From NCBI GenBank assembly GCA_964247055.1, contig OZ176053.1:5642001-5706000 (forward strand): a stretch of DNA of 64,000 nt, given 5' to 3'. The notes beneath the pieces are model-generated. The model was given only the letters and a program-made list of their open reading frames with translations, searched no databases and was not told the DNA's origin. The position numbers and the translations under genes are program-made. Shown piece after piece: positions 36,945 through 61,368 of this stretch (positions within the stretch are counted from its first letter, which is position 1; every line of letters begins with the position of its first letter). The DNA is from Paragordius varius (Eukaryota > Animalia > Nematomorpha).

Positions 36945-37948
36945 CTTGTAAAGGTGCACAACTTAAAATGTTGATAAGTATTTGTTAAATTTAACCGTTT
37001 GATAAAGCATAACTAAAGGAATAAATAAATTTGTGCATAACTTTTGCAAATTTAATCTATTTTTCATTAAAATTTTTAGGTTTTAGCTTAGGCCACTGAT
37101 AAGCTTGTAACTATTAGGACATTGGCCTTTTGTTTAAAATTTATCTGAGACATTTTGACGTAAAATTAAAAAAACTTTTATATATTGTAAAAAACAACGA
37201 TTCGATTTAATTATTTTACTGATTTCCCAACTATTAATCTATAAAAAATTATTTATAATAAAAATTATTTAAGAAAGTTTAATGGCCTGGGCCAGAAAAG
37301 GAGAAGATTTTGTTTTTTAAAATTTGTTTTCCAATTTAGACTCGTTTTGAGATTATCAATTAGGATGGAAATCAATGAACATATAAATTATACTAATATA
37401 AATACAGGTAGCAATAACAAAATTTGATGACCAGACTTGAACAAAAAGGCCTTTGTTCATACGTAAATAGATGATGCAGAACAAAGAACTTTTACTCTAT
37501 AGATTTAGGATCTGTTTTTATAGAAGTTGTTAATTGTGTTTAATATTATATTCAATTTAAGGGCGAGACGCTTTAATTTATAAATTTTGATGTTATGAAG
37601 AAATTTCTGTGCTTCAATGATTCTCACTAAGACAAACTATAAGAGCTAGTTCATAAAAAGATTATTCATTCTTATTGGCAAAGACAATGCATACAACGTG
37701 ACGAACTTATTTTAGGTTAAGGTGGAGTGCTTTATGGTCTGGTCTAAAGATATTTGCCTATTTTTTATATAAGTTTATAATTTTTATTTAGTCATTTTGC
37801 ATAAAGCATACACATAACTAAAAGCCGAACTTTTGTTTCCTTTACAAAATTATTTGCACAACGATAATTAAATTATTTATTTTAATAATATAGTCAAAAA
37901 ATAGACGTTATTAATTGTTTAAGATGCAAAGCTTACAAAATGCTTAAT

Positions 37949-38769
37949 TTATTTTAATATTTTATAGAGAGAATCGGATTGTATTATTTCTTTTTGTCCG
38001 TTGCTATCGTTTAAGGAAACTATATAGGGCACATCACCTATGTCTGGGGTTAAAATTTTTATGCATTCATTGTTCTCTGCTGTAATAAAATCAAGTGTTA
38101 AACATTTTGGAATCGTTCGTGTTTTGCTGGAGTTGCCGCAATAAAAACCATATTCATCTTTTTTGTTCAAAGCATGCTTCATCGTTTTTGGAATGATGTA
38201 TCCCTTTATAAATGATTTGTTCGAAGATGGAGTTGTATTTTTAGATTTAGATTTTTTGGAGGCATCCTTATTCTTTAATCTGTTACACATCAAAATAATT
38301 ATATTTATTTTATATTTTTTCCAATCTTACCATTTCTAACCCTTTAATTAAATCTGTTTTTTCAATTAAGTTTGACATTGTCACCTATAATAATATCAGC
38401 TGGCTAGCCCTTTTTAGCAGCACAATATTAATTTTTTCGAAAATTTGTGTTTGTACCCAGTTAGCGAATTACTGCTTTATAATAATTGAAAGTTAAAAAT
38501 TTTTTGTTGGATTCCAAATTTAAAATAATAGGACTCGTTATCCACCTCACAAACCTTTGCAGTTTAAAACAATTTTATGTTACAATTTTAAATTGGAATG
38601 CATGACAAAATTATATTATTTTTAAACTTTTAATTATTTTTGGCAGAACGGGCGCATGCACATTTTAAAATATTAATAATTGGTACAGTAGGTATGGCGT
38701 CTGACTTTTACACTGTTTGACGAAGTTCGAAGCCCGAAAGTACGCAATTTTCCATCATCACTGTCAGCC
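37949..38769 (-). CDS. Tentative C-terminal tail exons of the mGluR
   Basis: Phase-compatible exons 38769-38712 (KADSDDGKLRTFGLRTSSNS), 38384-38331 and 38272-37949; no homology support. Confidence 0.35.
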
Positions 38770-39020
38770 CTGGACAGGCGAAATACAAGTCAGGATACAA
38801 TTTAGGTCCTTATCATTAAAAAGAAAAAAGAGATTTTAAATTGCATTATTAATAAAACATCCGACCTATGTCAGAATGCGATCACAGGATGTTTCTGGAA
38901 TCTGATATTATATTCTACTGTGTAGCTGCCTTAATAATATCGGCAAACGTAACAGAGATCCTGACTCATAATCTTTGTTAAATTTTATAGGTATATTGTA
39001 TTAAATTTTTTACAATATAC

Positions 39021-48608
<9,588 letters not shown>

Positions 48609-50875
48609 CTATGGCAAGCAAAAAGAATATTAAAAAAATATTTTTTGTAATGTTTGGCAACGCATATACCATTACAAATTTATATTTTAAGGCGCATGCA
48701 TATTAAAGTTAATTCTTCGCGAAAACCTGTATATATGTAATTTAAACATCCAAATATATTGAATAAGAAGTATATAATATATATATATATATACATATAT
48801 ATATGGTTGCATAATATTAAATACAAAGGTGGCTTACGTAGACCTCCCCACCAAAATTAATGATGGCTACTATGATAATAAATTTTTTATGAGAAAACCT
48901 ACCACCTCATGTATTCACAGGCATGAAAATTGGTTTTCTTTTTAATAACAGGCTTAGCGTCTAATAAAAATATCATATCATATCATAGACATATATCGTA
49001 TGCTTAATTTCTTTTAGATATTTGGATGTTGTGGCTTGGTGCGCACATGAGATTTTCACTCACTATCTATCTCAGTGTAAAATTTAAATGATCGGATTTG
49101 TATGTTAATTTTTTCCCTAACTTGTGGTTTATATAATATATATATATATATATATATGTTTATGCGATAATTGTATAAATAAATCAAGGAATTATCTAAA
49201 TCTATCCAATAAATATACATATATAGGCTTATAGATTTGCTTTAAAATACATGTATACAGATTTTTGCGCATAAATTATTTCCTGGATCGGTACCGATAA
49301 AAAATCCCCTCTCCCTTAATACGGTCTCATTTTTTAGTTTAAAACAATTGTCCAATTTTTGTCATGTTGGTTGTTTTCCCTATTTATGCTGAATGTAAAT
49401 AATTTGAATAACTTATAATTTTTGGCATTATATATGTATTTAGAGGTCATTTTGATATTCAATCTTAATTTTGAAGATTATTAAGGTTATGTATTGATAA
49501 ACGGAGTAACTATAGTATATCTTATATTACAATCAATCAATCAGTCAATTATATCTCAATGTATTATCAGCTTCATCATTCAATTCCTACCATATAAAAA
49601 CATTAACAAATTACATTAAATTTAATTAGATAAAATTGCGTCCTTTATTTATTCCTATAGTCAAAAATGAAACGAGAATTAAAATTTTATCAAATAAAGA
49701 TGTTTTTCTACGTGTTTCTTTTTTTAAACCTTAGAAATTATTAATAATATAACAAATTAGCTTGATAAATGATAAGTTGTATATTAGAAATGATAGTTTA
49801 TACCAGTGGTTATGACCATTTTTAATATGTAAGTCGAAGAAAAGGTGATTTATGTTTCAATTTTAATCATAACCTGATAAATATAATCATTATTTTTCTT
49901 GTTGTAAATACAGATTTATGGTTGTTTAGGCAATTTTGGCCAATATACTAAAACTTTTTTCCCAATTAACATTAATTTGCATAAAAACTTTTAATGAATA
50001 CGAATAAATCAATTTTATCAATTTTTTTAGCTTCGTTGAATTATCTAATCTGATTTCATAATTAGTTTTCCTAAACCAAGTAAATCTTAAAGAAAAAGAT
50101 GTTATTTCGAGGAAATCTAAATAACTAGATGTGACTTATACCTCTTCTAATTTTATGAATATAATATAGTCGTGTTGGTTTATAATGATTAAAAGAACTA
50201 AGCTTAATAATTTATGAAAATAAAAAAATATATCACATGTAAGTAAGAATTTATAAATATTCGATAACTAGGACAGAAGTTGACATCATTTTGAATCAGT
50301 CTTTTCCGTCAAAATTTAAGCAAGTCATCTCCTAATTCGTTTCTCATGTGGACCAAACTCACAACGTATTTTGCACATTTGGTTTCTTTTGTATGTCATA
50401 CATTTCATATCTAACACCCAATAAAAATCATTTTTTAATAAAAAAACCGTTTCTGGGGTAACTAAATATTAAAATATTATAATTGCAAAAGCTTCGGTGT
50501 AATAATTACATATATGCTAAAATCGTGTTTATATCGAATTTTGTTAAATGGATCAATATCATAATTTTTTATTTGTAGTCTCGTACCTCGTGATAATATA
50601 AGAATGCATAGCGCTAAATTCATTAAGTTTAATCCTGGGTATGTTTTAACACGTATATGATTTCATTAAAACATCATCTATATATTAAATAAATATTTTT
50701 TATATTGCGGGTAAATAAAAAATTTTAGCCAATTAGTTTAATTTGTCTAGGTGTATGGTTAAATTTTTTGACAAGCTTTTTCAATAAAGGCAGCTAACAA
50801 AATTTTGTTTAGTTTAACATTTATTATAGCACTCAATTTATTGATGGCCGATTGATAAAAGAGGTCTATAATTAA

Positions 50876-51375
50876 CACTTTGATACAACACACTCATTTC
50901 AGTCCCCCGATTCAAATTGGGGTATTTGGGGTTCCCAGGCTTGTTTAAAAGTAAATACTTCTAAAAATATGGAACAAATTAAAACCACTGCAAAAGTTTG
51001 CGCTTATATAACATTGATGCACCGAACTAAGGATTCATTAAGCTTATTATATCTCAAGGTAAAAATTTAGTCAGCATGACATGTGTGAGTGCAAAATATA
51101 AAATTGATGCGATAAACCACTTTTTCTGTTTATATCAATCAATGTTAGATGTAATTAAAATAAAAACTTTAAGCGAAAATGTTGTAAAATAATAATGACG
51201 TAGTAGTTTGATATGGAACTCTTTCTCATAACCAAATTATACTTGAATAGGCATATTTATGTAATTTTTATTAGGGATAGAAGCATAATTGTTAATTGAA
51301 ACCGTTTTTTCAATGTTTTTTTAAAAATATCAACTTAAATTTAAGGGTTACTTGATCTTAATTTGGATCGAAGTG
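50876..51375 (+). mobile_element. Dispersed copy of the TTAA (piggyBac-like) family clustered at 4.6-7.2 kb
   Basis: TTAA|CACTTTGATACAACACACTCATTT...GATTCAAATTGGGGTA start; ends GATCGAAGTG; a further fragment at ~63370-63620. Confidence 0.75.
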
Positions 51376-51872
51376 ATAAAATTTAATTATTGTAAGATAA
51401 AAAATTTTAATTTAAGCCATTTATTTGCCCATATGCTACTGTATTGTTAATCGGACAAAAATAATATTTATTCGGCAACTTAAATATGCATACTGTGATT
51501 TTAAGTTTTATTTTTGTAAAGCTAACATTTTGTCTATTATATGCCGTTTGACTGCCAAATTTTTTTTCGAATTCTGAAAGCTCGTCATCTACTCTATAAA
51601 ATAATTTGAGTGGCCCAACACACCAATATATCCCTTAAGTGATGACAAAATGCAAAAATGGGTCGCATTTTTTCATTTCATATTTTATATCTCTGAGATG
51701 ACAAATTAATAAAATTGGTAGGCAGTTTGTAACCAAATATATACCAATGACTATAAAATTTATGTTACCGCCACACAATTTTATAATAGATTTTATATTC
51801 TCTCTTAAAAATATAAATTGTTTTGAGTAAATTTTAATGTCAAAAATTTTTACATACCTATGAAGCAACAAC

Positions 51873-52547
51873 TAGGGTTGTGCATTTGATTGCTTTTTCA
51901 AAAAAGTCCGGTCAGACCCAGTCAGACCATGGTCATGACCACTTTTTACATAAGTAAATAGCATGTGATAGGATTGTGAAAATAATGTTCTCGCGACACT
52001 TGCGTTTAACTAATCATGTTTTTTCTTAGAGTTTGTATTATACATTTTGATATTTATTATTTACAAACATTTTTAATCAAATTTAATCAATTTTTTCAAT
52101 AAATTTTGTTACTGTTTAGGTTATGAATCTTAATAGCTTTTAATGCTGGACATTTTAAATAATATTTTACTTGGCTTGTTTTACACTTTCTTTCTTTATT
52201 GATATATCCAATTATAAAATGTTTTTTCATTTTATTGGTTCACATATATGAAATTGCATATTTTGCAATGTGCTTGATTGTTATGTTTTTTGAAATAACT
52301 GGATATGCTTAAATGCTAATGTTTTAAGGATGCATGTTTAATTTTATATGGTTAAATAAGCATATTTAAAGATTTAATTTATAACAAAAAATATATTAAA
52401 CAATCCTACTATCTCTCTTCCAAAAAATTACCACCAATTTTCAAAAAACAGCTGTTTTTATAAATACCATGGTCAAAAATAAATAGTCACTGACCTGGTC
52501 ATGACCCAGTCAATTGACCGGGTCATGGCTTGGTCAGCACAACCCTA
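51873..52547. mobile_element. hAT-like MITE with GGTCA/TGACC subterminal repeats
   Basis: TAGGGTTGTGC...GCACAACCCTA; 8-bp TSD GCAACAAC/GTAACAAC. Confidence 0.85.
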
Positions 52548-53026
52548 GTAACAACACAAAAACAACGTAATTAGGCTATTAGCAATATATTACTTTGCAA
52601 AAATCTGTCGGTAAACGATTAATTTTCAAAACTACTTCTACTAATAATCCAAGAAAATTTTGCCTGAAGGGAGATAAGGGGTTCTATCTATGTTCTGAAA
52701 AATTTTATTGCTAAAATTTATACCCAATAAGGGAAAAATGAGCATGAATGACTTCATTTGTATTAATTATAACCAACATTGATCAATTCAACTATGTATA
52801 TATTCTACATCAATCTTAAACCAAATATTTTAATCAAATAATCTTTTAAAATTTTAAAAAACAATGTATATCTAAATTTATTTATATATATAACACTATT
52901 GTATAAAAAATTTATTATTAAGGGGTATTCTAGAATTCAGTAGAATTCTATTTTATATATAAAAATAAATTTTTGATATTATTAAAGATTAAAATAAAAT
53001 TTAATTTTGTCAAAGTGTGAGGAAAA

Positions 53027-56000
53027 ATGGACAAATCGTATGAAAATGAAGCTATTTTATTATCCATGGTATACAACTCTCTAAAATATTAATTATGTTA
53101 GCTTGATCAACAAAATGCTTGGACAAAGGGCTCATATACATTTTATAAATCTATAAAATATTCCTTTCAATCGGTCGGAAATTTAAATGGTAAGTGTATG
53201 ATATTCGGTATAAAAAAATCTTATTATCCTAATTTTAAAAATATATAATACCCCGTTCTTCAAGTTGGTCGTTACATATTTCACGTTGGTCCTTGTACTG
53301 TTGGATCAAAAAATATTTTTTTTAACAAAAAGTATATTTTTATAAATGAAAAACTTGCTTTTAATAAGTTTTAAAAATTATGGCTAGAGACAAAGAATGT
53401 TTATTGAGAAATATTCAAGGACCAACTTGGGGTGCAAGTGGTATTTTTATAAACTGTTGATACTTTAATATCCTTTTTTAATTGTCGGTTGACACATCAA
53501 AAATTATCGAATTACAAAACGATGCCTAAAGAATGTTAGATTTTAAATGTGTAGATAAATTTTACTTTTATAATTTCTTAGTTTAAATTGATTATATTAA
53601 TTAACTCTGGCTATATATAAATTTGCATTTTTAAGAGTTTTTAAACTATTGGAAAATCTATTAAGTTTTGTTTTTATGCCTATATGTTTTAAAAAGTATG
53701 TATATATTTCTTGAAAATAAAATAAAGCACATAAGAATAACCACCTAATGTAAATTGAGTTTTTACGATATTGGCTTAATATATAAACATGGGATGAGTT
53801 TAAAAATATTTTTTGATCTGTAGGAAATTTTGTAGCGTATATACCGAAGTTTAGACAAATTATTACAAACACCATTATATTTAAATAGCAATTTTTATTA
53901 TATATATACAATAGATTGGTATAGTATTCGAGTTGGAGATTTTTCGTTTATCTGCTTGTCAAGCAATGCTTCAAACAACTTTAAAATTTCAAAGTCGCCG
54001 GATGAAATAAAATTGCATACATTTTTGGTTAAAATATGTAATATATGGATGAACAGTAATAAGCGGTTATTTAAAGAAAGGAATTGCTCTGAAAAATCAA
54101 AGGAACACACCAATCGGTATATTTTGTGTTTTGTATATTCTTGGTAAAATTTTAAAATAACAAATTTTCATGGTTTAAAGAGACATAAGAACCAAATCTT
54201 TTTATAAATTATCATTCATAAAGTAATTAAGCAACATAATTCGAATAAATCTATTCACCTTTTATAAAAGTGTTTAAGACGATTTGTTGTATATGAAATT
54301 CGTTTTTAACACATATTAGCAATTACTAAAAGAAAAAATTATATGTTTGTTCTGCTTTTTAGATTAGAAATATTCTTCATCGAACTTGTTCCATATCTAA
54401 AAGAAGAACAGCTAAATAGAATTTGCAGTGCTGATGTTATAGATACGGCTGAGGTATTTATATCAATTTATTCAAAATTAACGTTTGTTCAAATTATTAA
54501 AAACCAATCAATTAAGATAATTACATAAACATAATATACTGTTAAACATTTTGTGCTGCCGTTTCAATCATTAACCGGTTATTCTTAATGTGAATTAAGA
54601 TAGAAAGATTAATGATTTTGTTACCAGCCAAATTTTTTATAATTTTTAATCATTAATCTTGTTAAATTAAGTACGTTCGAAAGATATTATTACTCTTCAC
54701 CTTGCATTCAATTCCGGATCTAGCAAATAGGATCCGATCTAACCGTTTGTAAACCGAGACTGTGATCGTCATTAAAAATAACGAGTCAAATATATTAAAC
54801 ATGTGTTTACGTGAAAAATTAATATTAATATAAAAAATATAAAGTCGCAGCGAGTTATTCCGAGTAATCCAATTTAAAATTAATAATGGATTTTTAATAA
54901 AGGCGAAAATCATAACAGAGCCATTTTTAAATTAGCCCATGCAAATAGGTTACAAAAATACAAATCCCCACAATTTGTTTTTATTCCAGGAAATGGATGG
55001 GCCTCAATAAAGGATGTTATTTTATCGTTTAAAGGCGCCAATTATAGCCAACCATTTTTAAATTAGCCAGTGATTAGTTCTATCAGGTGTAAGCGTTTTT
55101 GGCAAACAGCTAAGTCCCCAATAATATATGAAAGCATTTTTTTCAAAAGATGTGAGTCCGCCCTAGAAGTTCATCTATAAAGGCAAAAATTAGTGCTTTT
55201 TGAGGTTAAAGAGGTTTACCCTACGCTTACATTCCCGCATAATAAATATCAATGTTTCGGAGTTGCAACCTAAGATCCAATATTTAAAATTTTATGAATG
55301 TGCTATAGTCGAATAATGTATCCCTGGGTGAAAAAACTCAAACCTGTTAAATTGGCATTTTTTCGAAAAGCTAACCCCCCCCCCCCCAAATGACACCACA
55401 TGAAATTATAGAAAATGTTTTTAAGGGTTTTAAAAAAGCCCTTACGTAATGTCCCACCCTGTTTCAACGGCTCTAAAAAATTATGAAATGATTTTCCGGA
55501 AAACAAAGAAAACCGAAAATTTGATATATAGTTTTTAATTTTTCAAAAAGTTTTTTCCATTACTGTGTATAAGAAGCCTAACATCCCCCATTCCTCGATA
55601 GTTTGGTCACCGGTGTTATCCAGGATTTTAACTATTAGGTTCAAAACCTTTAGACTAAAACACAGAGATTATATATATATATATATATATAACATTTACA
55701 ATTCAAATTCACCCTAAAAATAATTTATGTGTTTTCGGGCTAATGTCATTCATCATTCATACTTAAATATATTTTTATGGCATAGTTTATTAGTTTTTCA
55801 GTATTATATTAATTTTAGACAAAATTTCATTTTTTAAAAATATTAAAAATATAAGTAAACTTTAATCTTAAAAACACATAATTTATTTTTAAGTGAATTT
55901 GAATTGTTGGAGGGTGAATTTGAATTGTTCAAGGGTAAATTTGATAGTTCGGGGTTGAATTTGAACGGTAAATGGTATACAGGGCTTGGAACCAGAACCG

Positions 56001-59000
56001 CATGGAACCGGAACCCCTGGGATTTTAATAAGAACCAGTTCCATTGGGATGGAACCGACGCGGTACCGGTTTTACTTCTCCGGGAACCACCCCGGTACCG
56101 ATTCCAAACTTTCGGGAACTACCCCGGTTCTATCTATAAATTTTTAGAAACCAACCCGGTTACGGTTTTACCCCCTTAATTAATGGTTCCCATATGATTT
56201 TTATTATAATTTTATTTTATTATTTAAATTTGATTGTACCACTACACATTACAACATACTTCAAACCTAAAACTAAGCGGTTAATATTAGCGATACGCTC
56301 TAGATTATGGACGATTCGGTTCTTCTAAAAAAACTAAGTCATAACTCAAATTTATTTATAATACATATGTTCGTATATATAGATCTCCATTGAAAGGAAT
56401 TTTTTACCCTTAATTTTCTATTTTCTGACTTGAGAAGCAGTTTGAGCGAATTGCTTGGTGCAATAATTTTTGAGTTAAATAATTTTTTAGCCATACTTAA
56501 TTTACTCTCATTATATACCTTTGTACCTATACATTTCTCTATTATAATTTGTTACATTTATTATGCTACACTATATTTATTTCCCTATACATTTGGCAAT
56601 TCATAATCAATCGTTTGATTTTATTTTGGTTGTATTATTATAATAATAATTTTGTAAATCATTTAATTAAAAGTCAGAAACCGGTTCTAAATTTACAAAA
56701 CCGGTTCCGGAACCGCTAAATTTTTAAGGAACCAAGGCGGTTCCGGTTCCATTTGTTTAGGAACTCCCCCGGTTCCGGTTCCAAAATTTCAGGAACCGCC
56801 CGGTTCTATTTTTAAATTCTTAAGAACCAACGCGGTTCCGGTTCCACTTGTTCAGGAACCGACCCGTTCCCGGTTCCACTTTTTTTGAACCGGTTCCAAA
56901 CCCTGATATATATATTGTATCCGTAAATTAAGAAAAAATATATTTATTTTATTAATTTAGAATGAGGTGTACCAGCTCGGAAAAAATGTTATTATGCCTT
57001 TAGCAAAATTCATTGAGGCCATACATCTTTACAATTTTCATTACGGTATTAATATTAACTATTGTAAGTCCAGTTATATACTTTAGATTTTCGTAGCCTT
57101 TGACAAGGGATCAAATCAAAATTACTGATTAGGCTATAATATTTAATGTGAAACCCATCGGTTTCAAACGGATAAAGAAATAAAGTTAAGACACATTTTT
57201 TCATATGAATAAAACATTTTATTAACAAACGATTAAACAATATTGAGAGAGATCTATCTGAATGATAAAATATGCGGATAATAAATGGCTAACGTTGGGC
57301 ATGTGGGGACATTTTGATAACCGTTACATTGTAATCCATTTCACCTATCCAAAAAATTAGTCTAAAATCTTTGACCAAAACAATTTTTAAAAAAATGAAG
57401 ATTTAACAACACAAATTGGATTGCTATACATTAGGGGTGGCCAAACGGTCGACTGCAGTCAACTTCGCCACCGCCTGAAAATTTTAAAAAAATGAAAATA
57501 TTTATAGAATTTTTTTTCACAAAATTTTATTTATTTTCTTAATTTTTTTTTATTTTGAGATTAAAAAATTTATTTGTTAACAAAATATTAAATAAATAAT
57601 TTATGTTAATATATTAATTTATGTATTTAGTCAGAGCTTTTATCATTTGTGAATATAGTTAAAAATTTAGCAAACTAAACACAGAAACAAATATAAACTC
57701 AATTAGCCCGAGAATGCTAAAATTCGTTATAAAAATCAATGGTAATTATTTTTTATCATGAATAATGATAAATATGCAAGTCCACCGTGGCTTTACCAAA
57801 AGCAAATGTCCAAATACATTTTACACGCTTATGAACTATAAAATACAATCAGATAATCGCAAACCAAAAATTAAGCTATTCAAAAGCAACGAAATGCTCA
57901 GAAACACTGCATTTTAAATACGGCAAAATCTGAAAAAATTCCAGTAACAGATAAATAAATCCTGAAAAAAACAACAAATATTTTTAGGATGGAGAAAAGA
58001 AGCATTTGTCACAGCGAGAATTATAAAGACAAAAAGAATGTTATGGAGTCAAGAAAAAGCTTATCTATCTAGAAACACAATTATGCGGAGAAGTCTTAAT
58101 TTTGAACCTAGTATGCAAAACCCATATAATCTGGTAAATTATAAAGATCTTTGATAAGAGCTACAAAGTCTTACCTCAATCAAATTCCTGGCAAGAAGCT
58201 AATTAAAATAATAATTTTTCGTAATATTTATTTTAAAATGGCATGTGCTAGTCACCCCATCATTTGTGTTAAATTGATATATAAATCTTTAATATTTATA
58301 CGTGCCCATGTGAAATTTTCTCCTCAAAAAGTAGCCCCGGTAGAAAAGGTCGGCCACCCCTGCTATATATCATAAAAAATTTTGTGATAAAAATAAGATT
58401 TTATTGAGGATGAAAATTGGTAAGCTATTGCACACTGGCATCTTTTAGATATGATTATAATCTATCAAATAATATTTTGGTCACATGATAAAACAGTAGG
58501 TCAATTTACGTTTTGAAATAAATTAGATAAAGAATGAGCTTCCAGAATTCAAAAATATGGGTCAACGTCAAAAAATAAAAATAAGTGCCAAAAACGTAAA
58601 TGCGAAAACGGCTGATAAATACTTATTTAAACATAAAGTTACACACTTAAAATTTTTTATCCTATTTTAATATAATATGTTTTGTAGAAATGTTAAAAAA
58701 CACATGAAGCCTCAATAATGTATAAATTTAAAATTTTTGAGCTTATATTAGTATACAATGGTTATAAAATAATTATGTTAAACACATTTGTATCATTGAT
58801 TTAAGCTATGTATATATATATATATTAGCTTTTTTCTCTTTAATAGTTATACAAAAGGACTCTATTGTAGCAAATCCATATGTACAGGAAGTCCAGTTCG
58901 AAGGTCTACGAGTCAACCCGTATTCCATTTATGTTCGCAACAAATCTCTTGAAAAATGGGTTAAAACTAAATGCTCTAAAATCAGGGATATCTTTTTTAC

Positions 59001-61368
59001 CGTTCTTATGGACAAAACTTTGGCGGAAACTTTTCAAACTTATGTTGGTTGCCAAAATTATTCAAGTAACCAATTTTATTGATACATTAAATAAAAATAT
59101 ATTTTGAAAATATTGTTAATTTAGAACCCATATTTCGAGGTAGACCCCGTAAAGAAATAATACCAGTACCTGATCAAAGTGCAAATTCTATTTTAACCAA
59201 TGAAATATCGACTGTTTCCCCCTTTTCCAAAATTTACCCGCTAAAACGGAAGAGTTTTGGGAAAATCAAAAGATACTCTCCATACCTAAGTCTTTCGAGT
59301 TCATTGTGCCACACGCCAATCCAAGGGTATTAAGTACAATTTAACTTTGTTATTTAACTTTTTGGCAATTAAACCCAGGATAATTGTGTATTGTATTAAA
59401 AGCACTGCCTAGTTTTAATCAAAAATAATGAAATGTTATATAATTTATTTAAGTAAACCAGAGATTAGTAAAAAGTACCAATTAAAGGAAACAAGCGGAC
59501 AAAACAAAAATATCACCGAAAATCGGAGGAAAACTAAATCTAAACCGGATATTTTTAACGCAAAACTTCCGATCGATATTGATCAATATAGACGACAACG
59601 CGAAATATTTTTGATACGGCTATATGAATTTATGAAATATATGAATACACCTATACGGAAAATACCAAGCCTAGGACCTAATCCAAGTATTTTTGCTTGA
59701 AATACATATTTTTCGGGAATGTATAATATTGAAAATCTGATTTAATATAGGAAAATTGTGAAACTTTTAAACTTTATTAAAATTAAATTTTTTGGTTATT
59801 AAAAGAGTCTCAAAACTATTATAGCCCAGTTATTTTTATTTTTCAGGTTTAATTATATAATTTTGCATCTGTTTATGACCATCAACTGCATCTAGCGGTA
59901 AGATCATTATTTTTTTGATCGATCAAGAAACCAACCCTAAATGTGGGCATGTATCTATCAAACAGTGTTCTTTATGTCTGAGTTCCCCCTATCATCAAAC
60001 TTTTAACATGCCCCTCCGTCTAAGAGTTATAGTTTTAAGTTAAAGCATAAAAAAATGTAAAGATAATTTATCACGCCTTCCAGATTATGATTCCCTAGTT
60101 TAGTTGATATCGATTAGACAAAATAAAGCCGCGCGCTGCCTCAAGGGCCATGCACCATATAGTATTGATGATTTCATTCTTTGACACATTTGAAGATGTT
60201 GAAATAGACACATCCAACAATTAATGAATGTTTTAAAGTCATTAAAAAGCATAGGGCCGAGGGTTAAATTATTGATCTAAATTCTAGGAACAAAACAAAA
60301 CTTATTTATACCCCCAAAATTTGCTAAATAATTATTATATATCTATGATATACAGTTAATGTGTCATCCTTATAATTTAGTGGATTTATATGAATTTTAT
60401 CGCATGGTTTTGGCAAACGGAGGATATAACAATGTTAAAAAACAACGACTCTGGAGAAGGATATATGAGAAAATGGGAGGATACCCTCATAATACCAGTG
60501 CTGCAACGACATTACGAAAGCATTACGAAATGTAAACTATAAAATTCTGCGTCATTTTCAGTTAGTTAATCATAAAGATGTAAAAATATTTTTGATAAGC
60601 AAAACTTTAAACAGGAAAAATGATACATTTTACTAAACCAATAAATATGACACAATCTAATAGGATAAGAAAATTTTCCACCACTTGTTAAAATCGTGGC
60701 TAATTTTTATAACCTAATATTAATTCATTATTTATTCGCGGTGCTATGATGTAATCATATTAAATTATCTAATATTTTATATCCATAGTTTACTACTTAA
60801 GTATGAAAACTGTGAAAAAGAAAATCCATCGCTATTAGATTCCTTTGCTAATGAACACATTTCAACAAATGGTTTCGATTTAGGCAAACCGCCTGAAAAT
60901 AAAGAACAAAGATCGGATGAATATGACTTTCCTGTTATGATGAATGGTACAGATAACACGATTCAGAATAGAAGATACGTGTATGATTATCGTAATTTCG
61001 AATCACACAGCAGTAATAAAAGTGATTCTGAACAAACCTTTATACCGATTCAGGGTGATATTACATGTGTAAAGCCTAAGCCTAGTGATGAAATAGAATG
61101 CACAGATATAGATTTTATCCTTGAACCTGCGTTTAATCCATCTCATATAGTTAATAATAATGTAAATTGCAATAATACCTATGATGAAGGCTTTAATGAT
61201 ATTTTGGACAAAAAGTTTTGCATGAACAATTTACTTTCGCCAACATTTTATCAACCATTAAATTACTTTAAGGAAGAAAACACTCTTTTACCAGTTCAAT
61301 CTTTGCGCAATGATAACTATGTGGTTTCAATTGGTTTTAAACAGGAATATAATCAAAATAATTTTTAG
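53027..61368 (+). CDS. ARID5B: ARID5B-like protein: divergent N-terminal BAH domain, GRPRK motif, ARID domain
   Basis: In-phase exons 53027-53068, 53102-53189, 53915-54116, 54363-54453, 56961-57045 (or 57063), 58871-59065, 59125-59326, 59454-59686, 60381-60531, 60789-61368. GSYTFYKS, IRVGDFSF, FRGRPRK, FLIRLYEFMKYMNTPIRKIPSLG, MGGYPHNTSAATTLRKHYE (ARID5 GGNPGSTSAAT type). ARID part is strong, BAH part moderate. Confidence 0.8.
55690..55979. mobile_element. Second copy of the 21-bp-unit foldback element
   Basis: Internal spacer colinear with 34954-35131; one repeat unit on the left, four on the right; ends AAATGGTATA. Confidence 0.85.
55980..56905. mobile_element. hAT-like MITE with dense GGAACC/GGTTCC subterminal arrays
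   Basis: CAGGGCTTGGAACC...GGTTCCAAACCCTG; many GGAACC in the left ~200 bp and GGTTCC in the right ~220 bp; TSD not clear. Confidence 0.8.
57432..58362. mobile_element. hAT-like non-autonomous element in an ARID5B intron
   Basis: TAGGGGTGGCC...GGCCACCCCTG; 8-bp TSD CTATACAT/CTATATAT. Confidence 0.85.

Noticed and set aside
36055-36959. Several minus-strand ORFs of 67-79 aa
   Set aside because: They are antisense shadows of the orphan gene exons.
55904-56179. 91-aa ORF
   Set aside because: It spans the junction of two repeats and is open only because they are GC-richer.
57145-57170. ATGTGAAACCC hairpin resembling the end of the hammerhead element
   Set aside because: No CUGAUGA or GAAA core and no further similarity.
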